Source: Promethearchaeota archaeon (GTDB lineage: Archaea; Asgardarchaeota; Lokiarchaeia; Sigyniarchaeales; SOKP01). From it: a stretch of DNA of 64,000 nt. The position numbers and the translations under genes were made by a program. The notes under the pieces are model-generated. The model did no database searches. It worked only from the letters and a program-made list of their open reading frames with translations, and had not been told where the DNA came from. The DNA lies in NCBI GenBank assembly GCA_019058295.1, contig JAHPZI010000021.1, positions 105,167-169,166 on the forward strand, written 5' to 3'. Below are positions 10,586-19,300 of the stretch, one piece after another. How positions within the stretch are numbered: the first letter of the stretch is position 1; each line of letters opens with the position of its first letter.

Positions 10586-11152
10586 ATGAAAAATATGAAT
10601 GATTCAAAAATTAAATCAATACTTGAGAAATTACCATTTAAAAAAGCAGTTTGGCTTGCACCTATAATTTATTTCTTTCATTTTCTTGAAGAAGCAGTAT
10701 TCGGTTTTTACACTTTCTTTGGCGGAAATTTTACTCTCATACAATTCATAATAGCGAATTCAATCATTATGTCTGTATATCTTATCTTACTTGTCTTATT
10801 CACTCTTCGTCCTAATCGTTTAAATGCATTTTTTGTTTTAACCTTAATCGCAGCAGCACAGTTTTTTAACGCATTTTACCATTTATTGTGGACAATTGTT
10901 TTTAGTAAATATTGTCCAGGCGTAGTTACAGGTCTTTTGATATATGTTCCTTTTTTTGGTCTATTTATGTGGATTGCATATCGAGATGAATATATCACAA
11001 AAAGGTCAGCAGTTCTTATTATATTATTAGGAGCAACACTCATGACTTTATTTGAGATACGAATTTTTCAATTACTAATACTTATTGTCTCAACATCTGT
11101 AGTAGTAGTAGCAAACATTATTGATTATTTCAAAACTAAAACAAAGAGTTAA
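10586..11152 (+). CDS. HXXEE-domain membrane protein
   Basis: The HFLEE motif sits in the first TM region (IIYFFHFLEEAVFGF). 5-6 TM segments. Confidence 0.45.
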   Translation: MKNMNDSKIKSILEKLPFKKAVWLAPIIYFFHFLEEAVFGFYTFFGGNFTLIQFIIANSIIMSVYLILLVLFTLRPNRLNAFFVLTLIAAAQFFNAFYHLLWTIVFSKYCPGVVTGLLIYVPFFGLFMWIAYRDEYITKRSAVLIILLGATLMTLFEIRIFQLLILIVSTSVVVVANIIDYFKTKTKS

Positions 11153-11219
11153 AACTGTAGATTTAATGGTCATATATGAATTAACATATTAGAAAGTTTA
11201 AAATTACAAGCCTAATAAT

Positions 11220-11966
11220 TTATTGGGCATTATTATTTTTAATAAAAATATTTTTAATATAATTGGGTAATGTAAAACCAACATAAAACAAAAATGCTGC
11301 GGCTAGGATGAATGAAACAATAATAACATCTGTAATTTCGTTTGCATAATCTATTGCTACTTCTAAAGTGACACCTATTGTAAAAATAATAAAAGCAAGT
11401 AAGAGAATCTTACCTTTTAATTGAATCTCTTTATTATTTGACCGAAGACTTGCTCTTACAAATAAGAATCCTGTAATTATAAACATTCCAATCGAGAAAA
11501 ATAAATAAAGATCTACGAATAATGACCAATTCGAGGAAAATGCTGATACGCGAATAGCAATTAAGTCAGGATTTTTCATTAATAAAGTAAATAAAATAAT
11601 TTCATAAATTATCGCTTCGATTGTAAAAAGTGTTACTACAATTTTTTTCTTTTTTCTATACAGAAAATTCATAATAGCATACATCCATGTGAAATGAGCT
11701 GGGGGAACGAAAACAATCCCCATAGTAATGTACAATAAGGGATCTAATTCTTTACCTGTTGTCATAATTAAAATAAAGGTGATCGCATCTGGCCAATAAG
11801 GACTGACTAAAAAAATCCACGTTAAACCAACTAGTATTAATTCAATTTGCTTATATTTAAAATATCTAAGAATAATAATTATTCCTAAAATGAAAGATAT
11901 AATAACAAATATTAGAGTAAAAGCACCTTGTAAGGTTTGTAATGGGGAAAGTGTCACTTGCAGCAT
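11220..11966 (-). CDS. Polytopic (about 7 TM) membrane protein, unknown function
   Basis: Long uninterrupted ORF with a strong hydrophobic periodicity. I recognised no motif. Confidence 0.45.
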   Translation of the reverse strand: MLQVTLSPLQTLQGAFTLIFVIISFILGIIIILRYFKYKQIELILVGLTWIFLVSPYWPDAITFILIMTTGKELDPLLYITMGIVFVPPAHFTWMYAIMNFLYRKKKKIVVTLFTIEAIIYEIILFTLLMKNPDLIAIRVSAFSSNWSLFVDLYLFFSIGMFIITGFLFVRASLRSNNKEIQLKGKILLLAFIIFTIGVTLEVAIDYANEITDVIIVSFILAAAFLFYVGFTLPNYIKNIFIKNNNAQ

Positions 11967-12135
11967 TTATATTACTTCCTATATTCTTATACTTTCTTAA
12001 ATTATTTTCATTATAGAGTTATCTTATTTAAATATTTTTTTAAAAAACAAATCAGAATAACGATATTGAAAAATTAAATAAATTTTTATTCAAACATCGA
12101 TTATTTATAGAATTAAATAAAAATTAGGTGAAATT

Positions 12136-12636
12136 ATAATTAAAGTCTTAGTTACTTATTTTTCTCAAACGGGAAATACTAAAAAGATTGCTGAAGCGAT
12201 ATTTGAGGAAATTCAAACAGAAAAAGAAATTAAACCGCTTAAGGAAGTCGATGATCTTGAGGGATACGACTTTTCTTTTATTGGATTTCCTATACATTCA
12301 GGTGGACCAACCAAAAGGGCAGCAGATTTTATTAAAAAAAATGCTATCGATAAGAAAATAGCTCTGTTCGTCACCCATGCAATGCCAGCGGATTATGATA
12401 TGCTTCCGGGTTTATTAAATAGATGCGAAAAATCTGCAAGAAAAGCAGACCTAAAGGGATTTTTTGACTGTCAAGGGGAGCTCGCTGAAAAAGTAGCTCA
12501 AATGTTGTTAAAAAGTGGAAATCCTCAATTGGAATTATTTGGGAAAATGCGTGATGTGACTGTTGGTCATCCAAATGCGGATGAAATTGAGAGTGCTCGT
12601 AATTTTGCTAAAGAAACAATAGAAAAGTTTAAGTAA
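12136..12636 (+). CDS. Flavodoxin-like protein; no canonical start codon (ATA 12136 or ATT 12133/12139 proposed)
   Basis: The frame opens after TAA 12118-12120. It reads (I)IKVLVTYFSQTGNTKKIAEAIFEEI... with the FMN loop S/T-x-TGNT at 12154-12180. The first in-frame ATG is at 12382, which is the track ORF 12382-12636. An SD-like GGTGA lies at 12127-12131. Confidence 0.75.
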   Translation: MIKVLVTYFSQTGNTKKIAEAIFEEIQTEKEIKPLKEVDDLEGYDFSFIGFPIHSGGPTKRAADFIKKNAIDKKIALFVTHAMPADYDMLPGLLNRCEKSARKADLKGFFDCQGELAEKVAQMLLKSGNPQLELFGKMRDVTVGHPNADEIESARNFAKETIEKFK

Positions 12637-12656
12637 TTAAAAAAGGAGATTTTTTT

Positions 12657-14123
12657 TTAGTCATTTCTGGTCAATTCTTTAGTTACTGGAGTGCACCCAA
12701 GTCGATCTTTAAATTGGCGCATAAAATCCATATCAATTGGCTCACGAGCATCCTCCCAGCAGAGCTTTAATAGCTCTTTTGCCTTTTCTGGAGCTTCTGA
12801 AATGATATTTTTATTCAATTTAGGATCCTTATTTACATCAAATAAACTGCCTTCTTCTATATCCCATATATACCCATTATACCAGAAATCATTATTATAT
12901 ACTGCTACGGAGCCTCCCCAAGCTATGGTAACATGATCATAGTAACTCACCGTATCATCTTTAACTAAAGACAATAAATCCTTCCCATCCATATTTTTTG
13001 AAGGAATTTTACATGCATTACATATTGTTGCTGCTATATCGAAATGGTAGCAGAATTTATCGCAGGTCTTACCAGCAAATTCACCTCCTGGGAATCGAAT
13101 CATAGCGACAAGGTCGGCCACTTCTCGCCCTAAAGGATTAGCGGCTTTTGCAATTAGACCATGCTCTCCTAACATATGGCCATGATCCGAAACCACCACA
13201 ATGATAGAATTATCCCAAATACCAATTCGCTTAATATAGTCAATAAAATATCCAAACCAAGTATCCATAAGCGAAACTTCTGCGGCATAACGCGTTTTTA
13301 AGTTTTTGAGCTCTTGTTCGGAGAGAATACTTGCTGGGCCATATAACGAATGAGTAATTCTTTGACATCCCTTTTCCCAATCTGGATCTTCTTCATACAT
13401 TCGAATGTAATGAAGAGGAGGATTCCAAGGTTCATGTGGATCGAACGATTCCACAGTCATAAATCCTTTACCGTTTATTAGAGCATCATAGTTTATATCT
13501 AACCATTCTCCAGCTTTGCGAAATACTTGGGCAGGAAACGTATCAGTTTCAGAGCGCCACCAGCGCGTATTTTTTAAAAATTGTTCCATCATGAATTTTG
13601 CAAAAACGGTTCCTGAGGTAGTTCCTTGCTGTTTGGAAGTAAGATATTTTTGGAGATCTTCGTTAGAAATTTCTGGACCAGAAAGAAAGGCATCTTCTTC
13701 TTGTCCACGGATCCATTCCCATTGAGTAAATCCACGTTGAAAATTATATCCAGGTTTAAATTGATGATATACATCAGAAAACAATGCAGAAATATATTTT
13801 TTTCGTTGAAACCGTTCTGCCAGAGTATCATACGATTCTGAAATGTTGCCCCAACCAGGTGCACCGAGAGCATCACCGATAAAGTCTCCCTTCCCAGATT
13901 TAGTCTCTCCTAGCTTATCCTCTGTAAAAGGAAAGACCCGCTTCCCAGTATAGATGGCTTTTCGCACGGGAAGCGTTGGGAGGGAATCAGGATACATTTT
14001 TGTAAATTTCACAGATTCCTGAGCAAAATTATCAAGATGAGGTGTTTTTATCCAATTATTTCCATAACATCCTAAATGATCTTGTCTCAATGTATCAAGG
14101 ATAATTAATATTGCATTTACCAT
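12657..14123 (-). CDS. Sulfatase-family (alkaline phosphatase superfamily) enzyme with Thr at the nucleophile position
   Basis: NAILIILDTLRQDHLGCYG matches the sulfatase N-terminus. TLPVRKAIYTG aligns with the C/S-x-P-x-R-x4-TG signature but has Thr in place of Cys/Ser. VVVSDHGHMLGEHG is also present. Confidence 0.8.
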   Translation of the reverse strand: MVNAILIILDTLRQDHLGCYGNNWIKTPHLDNFAQESVKFTKMYPDSLPTLPVRKAIYTGKRVFPFTEDKLGETKSGKGDFIGDALGAPGWGNISESYDTLAERFQRKKYISALFSDVYHQFKPGYNFQRGFTQWEWIRGQEEDAFLSGPEISNEDLQKYLTSKQQGTTSGTVFAKFMMEQFLKNTRWWRSETDTFPAQVFRKAGEWLDINYDALINGKGFMTVESFDPHEPWNPPLHYIRMYEEDPDWEKGCQRITHSLYGPASILSEQELKNLKTRYAAEVSLMDTWFGYFIDYIKRIGIWDNSIIVVVSDHGHMLGEHGLIAKAANPLGREVADLVAMIRFPGGEFAGKTCDKFCYHFDIAATICNACKIPSKNMDGKDLLSLVKDDTVSYYDHVTIAWGGSVAVYNNDFWYNGYIWDIEEGSLFDVNKDPKLNKNIISEAPEKAKELLKLCWEDAREPIDMDFMRQFKDRLGCTPVTKELTRND

Positions 14124-14265
14124 TAAAATTCATCAGATTTTTTTAATTGTTATAAAATTATTTACACATCTGTTTAATTAGAAATTTTATTGCTAATATG
14201 TGAATATTCCAATGTAGCATCAAAATTAATTATTTGTATTATAAATTATATCTTTTAAAGACTTA

Positions 14266-15738
14266 GTGATTAATATGGATAAAAAAAAGCTAGAGGAAGA
14301 ATTAGAAGAGTTCAAGGAAGAGCCCCTTACTCCAAAAGTAAAGATCATTGCAGGAGGGATGAGTGCTTCAATTCACCTTTTAATGGCCCTCTCTATGACT
14401 CCTATAACTTATTATTATAATGTAATACTTGGATTAAATTCTGTATTAATAGCCTATGCCTGGTTACTTTTTGCAATTTGGAATGCTCTAAACGATCCAC
14501 TTTTTGCTATTTTCCAAGAGCGTTATATCTCAAAGAAATATGGCCGTAGAATTCCTTATTTAAGATTTGGCGCTCCCTTTTTAGGGTTATTTTTTATTCT
14601 ATTATGGATGCCTTTTTTAATAGTGGATGTAAATCAGGAGATGGTTCTCTTCTTGTATTTTCTAATAAACCTTCTTGCTCTCGATACGATGTATACCTTG
14701 ATATCGGCAGCAAATTTTGCTCTACATTATGAGATCACATTTACACAGAAAGAGAGGACTAATCTGGCAATCTATAATAACTTTATTACTGCAATAGCTA
14801 CTGGAATAATTATAGCTAGTCCATTGATTTTTCTTTATAATAAAGACGATGGTGTTAATCCCTTACTATATCCTGCATTTAGCTTATTAGGCCTAGTATG
14901 TATTTTCCTTATTATCTTAGGGAGCTATACTCTTAAGGAAAAACCCTATTTAAAATATGAAGTCCCTTTAGGTTTTATTGAAGGCATAAAAACTTGCTTT
15001 AAAAATAAACCCTGGTTGATTTCTCAAGGGGTAGGTTTCTTTGGTGCAATCACTGGCACAATTTTTCTAACAGGAATTCTTTACTATATCTTAATTGTTC
15101 TTTCACCCCCATTCTATTTAGTTATAATTTGTTTAGTTACGGTATTCGTATCATTTATCATATTCGTCATATTTTTAAATAAATTGTTAGATACGTTTGG
15201 AATAAAATATGCATATTTGCTATGTGTTGTTATTGGTACAATAGGTTTTATTTTGCTATTTTTTATTGGATGGAATACATTTCCTGGTTGGAACATTTAT
15301 TACGCCTTAATACCGCTAATTTGTGTGACTATAGGATTTGGAACTCTTAGCATTCTAGGTACTACTTTTAACGGTGAAAATATTGATTATGATGAAAAAC
15401 TGACCGGAAAACGCCGAGAGGTAACTTATGGGGGTGTAGGGGCTCTTTTTGGTAAGCCAGCCATCTCAATAGCTAATGCGATCTTTCTATTTATTATTTC
15501 TTTCTATAATTTTGATCCAGATGCTGGATCTAATCAATCCGCTGATGCTATTCTTGGTTTAATGATTGCCTTTGCTTTAATTCCAGGAATTTGTTTAGCA
15601 ATTTCAGGAATATTTCTGTTATTTTGGCCTCTACATGGTCCAGAATGGGATAAAATAAAAGAAGAATTAAAGGAAATTCACTTAATAAAGGAGATCGAGT
15701 TCCTTAAAGGTTTAAGAGAAAAAGGGGTAATTGACTAA
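14266..15738 (+). CDS. GPH/MFS family cation symporter (glycoside-pentoside-hexuronide type)
   Basis: NALNDPLFAIFQER...GRRIPYLRFGAP matches the GPH signature D-P-x-G...GRRRP. 12 TM segments. Confidence 0.75.
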   Translation: MINMDKKKLEEELEEFKEEPLTPKVKIIAGGMSASIHLLMALSMTPITYYYNVILGLNSVLIAYAWLLFAIWNALNDPLFAIFQERYISKKYGRRIPYLRFGAPFLGLFFILLWMPFLIVDVNQEMVLFLYFLINLLALDTMYTLISAANFALHYEITFTQKERTNLAIYNNFITAIATGIIIASPLIFLYNKDDGVNPLLYPAFSLLGLVCIFLIILGSYTLKEKPYLKYEVPLGFIEGIKTCFKNKPWLISQGVGFFGAITGTIFLTGILYYILIVLSPPFYLVIICLVTVFVSFIIFVIFLNKLLDTFGIKYAYLLCVVIGTIGFILLFFIGWNTFPGWNIYYALIPLICVTIGFGTLSILGTTFNGENIDYDEKLTGKRREVTYGGVGALFGKPAISIANAIFLFIISFYNFDPDAGSNQSADAILGLMIAFALIPGICLAISGIFLLFWPLHGPEWDKIKEELKEIHLIKEIEFLKGLREKGVID

Positions 15739-15753
15739 TAAATAGACTTCAAA

Positions 15754-15978
15754 CTACTCTCTCCATTCTTCTTCGTCAAAAACGACGGCTTTAAACTTGA
15801 TTTTATCGTCAGAGACATCTACAATAGTGAAGGGAGACCCACAATCCTGACATTCAATAACATCGTCTACTTCTGGATCTTCTATCAGATTTTCAAAGTA
15901 GCATTCGGAACATTCCAATTTAAACTTACCACCTTCTTTTTCTGTAGACTCATAAATTTTTTCAGCCATATATATCAC
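15754..15978 (-). CDS. lysW: LysW-like amino-group carrier protein (zinc ribbon with acidic C-terminal tail)
   Basis: CSEC...CQDCG zinc ribbon plus the C-terminal tail FDEEEWRE, which ends in Glu (compare the LysW EDWGE tail). The probable start is the Met at 15969. Confidence 0.6.
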   Translation of the reverse strand: MIYMAEKIYESTEKEGGKFKLECSECYFENLIEDPEVDDVIECQDCGSPFTIVDVSDDKIKFKAVVFDEEEWRE

Positions 15979-16345
15979 CGTTATTAATTATAATAATAAG
16001 TTAAATTTTAGATACTATTTTTATTTTTTGGCGTAAATTAAAATTAATCAGTTATAATGGTACAATTCTCATAATTAAGTTCTTATGAAATTGGATTCTT
16101 ATAGTAAGAATTTATAACTTTGTTTTTAGAAAGAAAAATCTCATTAATTTTTAATACAAGACAAATTATCCCTTTTTTGAGGAGTTTATTGTAAAATGAG
16201 GCTAATTATCTTTCAAAAAACAAAAGATTAAAAACTACTTTTTTTATTATTCCTATTGCAAATTCGGATAAATTAGAAAAAAAAAATTTTTTATTTCTTT
16301 TATTGTCTAATTTAATGAAAAAAGGGGTAAGTTAGGGGTATAATT

Positions 16346-19300
16346 ATGATTGATCCTAATAATATTGAAGAACTATTAGAATATTCTGAAGAAAAATATA
16401 GAGCTCTTTTCGACAATGCTCCATTTGCCATTGGAATTGTAGATATGGAGGGAAGAATTGTTGATATCAATTATTACCATGAAAGTAATGGAGGATTTGA
16501 AAAGAAAGATTTAATTGGTAAAAAATTCATTGAGACTGGAGTAATACCAAAGAATTATGAAAAAGTTTTTATAGATGTTTTTAAAGAATTAGTTAAGGGA
16601 AATACTCCAGAACCAAAAGAAGTTCAAATTTATAATAAAAAGGGAGATTTAATCTGGGTTAAAATACAATGCTCCTTCATAAAACTAGGAAAAGAAAAAT
16701 TAATTCAAGTTATAACCCAAGATATTACTGAAAAAAAAAAAACAGAACAGAAATTAAAAGAATCAAAATTCCGTTATATTAATTTTATAGAAAATTTTCA
16801 TGGGATTGCGTTTCAAGGATATCAAGACTTTTCAATAGGATTTTTTCATGGAGCTATCGAGGAAATAACCGGATATGCTAAAAATGCATTCTTGTTAGGA
16901 AAAATTAAATGGGATCAAATTATCCATCCTGATGATTTAACACAATACAAAAATAATATAAAACAATTTCATTCATCGTCTAAGACGTCAAATAGTCGAG
17001 AATACCGGATTATCCGAAAAAATGGAGATTTACGATGGGTAACAGAAACAATTCAAAAATTTTACGATGATAAAACCAATATGGAAGGTGTTCGTGGTAC
17101 TATTATAGATATTACTGAGAGAATGAACTCAGAAAAAAAACTCAAAGAATCTGAAGAAAGATATCGATTAATTACAGAAAATATAACTGATATGGTAGCC
17201 ATTATTACCGGGGATTTCGTAATAGAACATATTAACGAATCAATACATAAAAAATATTTAGGTTATTCAAAGGATGATTTATTAGGCAAAAAATCCTTAG
17301 ATCTAATACATCCAGATGATCTCAAAAATATTTTGCATTTGTACAAAAAAGAGTTGGAGGTTGGTGAAGGTAGAGCAGAACTTAGATATAAAAAGAAAAA
17401 TGGGGATTATATATGGCTGGAGATACAAGGAAAGAAATTTATCGATATTGATGGAAACGAAAAATTCCTTGCAGTTTCAAGAGATATTTCTGAAAAAAAA
17501 ACAATGGAACAATCTTTAAAAAAATCTCAAGATGAAAAATTATTTATTTTAAATAATATTCCGGCGCTAATTGCGTTTCAAGATAGAGAACATAATATTT
17601 TATATGCAAATAAAGCTGCTGGAGATTCTGTTAATAAATCCGCTGAAGAGTTATTAGGGAGAAAATGCTATGAGATTTGGAATATAAGGAGAGAACCATG
17701 TGAAAATTGTCCTGTACATGCTACCTTGATATCAGGGAAGGGTGAGTTAAAAGAAATGACAACACCCGATGGAAGAATATGGCAAATAAGAGGCTTTCCC
17801 GTTAAAGATGATAATGAAAATATAATTGGAGCTATTGAAGTGACAGCCGAAATTACCAAGCGCAAAAAAGCAGAACAAAGATTAAAAGAATCTGAAATAA
17901 AATATAAAAATCTTTTTGACAATTTTCCGATTGGTATATTCTTATTTGATGACTCTGGAAATTTACTTGAGGGAAATACAAAGGTATATAACTCATTCTC
18001 AGGATATCCTCCTGATCAAAGTATTGGAAAGAGTTTCTTAGAGATAATATCCTTATTTAAGAATTCTGATGAATTATCAAAGATATTTAAGAATAGAGCA
18101 ATGGAAAGAGCCAATGGAAAGGAACTGAAACCTATTGAACTGAAATTAGTAAGACAAGATGGAAAAGAATTATGGATATATTGGCATAGTATAGTTTTAA
18201 AACTTAAAAACAAATCTATAATTCAAGCAGTAGTTCAAGACATCACTGAGCGTAAGAAATTTGATCAAATGTTAAGAGAATCTGAGGAAAAATTTCGGAC
18301 TTTATATGAAAATATAGCAGGAGGTACGTTAATTATTAGTGATGACTATATTATTAGAGATGTGAATGAGAGAACTTGTGAAATTACTGGATATAAAAAG
18401 GAAGAGCTAATTGGAAAGCTATGTGATATAGTATGTCCGAAAGGTTCAGCGTCCAAATCTTGTCCTATTTGGGAAGGTGAAAAAGAAGGATTTAAAGGTA
18501 TGGACACAGCAATCAAATGTAAAGATGGAAGAAAAAATCCAATTTTGAAAAATGCAAAAAGAATTCTATTTGAAGGAAAAATACATATCCTCGAGAATTT
18601 TCAAGATATAAGTGAAAGGAAAAATGCAGAAATCAAATTAAAAGAATCTGAAGAAAAATATAGAAGTTTATATGAAAACTCTATAAATGCGATTATTTTA
18701 CTTGATTTTAATGGAAAAATTATTGATTGCAATTCAGCCACTGAGAAAATATGTGGCTATACTAAGGATGATATAATTGGTCAAAACTACTTAAAATTAC
18801 CGTTTTATCCAAAAAGTATGATTAAAGTGTTAAAAGAGAGATTTCAAGCAATATCAAAAGAGTTAGATTTAAAATCACAAGAATTACAAATTAAAAGAAA
18901 AGATGGGAATTTCGCATGGGTTAAAACTAAGATATCTTACATAAAAATAGGAAATCAAAATTATTTACAAGTATTAGTTCAAGATATAACTGAACAGAAA
19001 AATGCTGAAGAAAAATTAAGAGAATCTGAAAAAAAATATCGCAAGATTTTTGAATCTATTCCTGATCTATTCTTTTTAGTCTCAAATGATAGTACAATAT
19101 TAGATTATAACGCTAGTAGTGAAATTGATTTTTATGTACCACCAGAGAAATTTATGAATGTTAAATTGATAGATTTTTTTTCTCAAGAAATTAGAGAAAA
19201 AACTCTTGTAAAAATAAATGACGTCCTTGAATTAAAAAAACCACAAATCTTAGAATATTCCATACCTATTAATGATAAAACACGATTTTTTGAAGCCAGA

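Noticed and set aside
16095-16111. Small hairpin ATTCTTA-TAG-TAAGAAT upstream of the giant kinase
   Set aside because: 7-bp arms in roughly 20% GC DNA are expected by chance. No supporting context was found.
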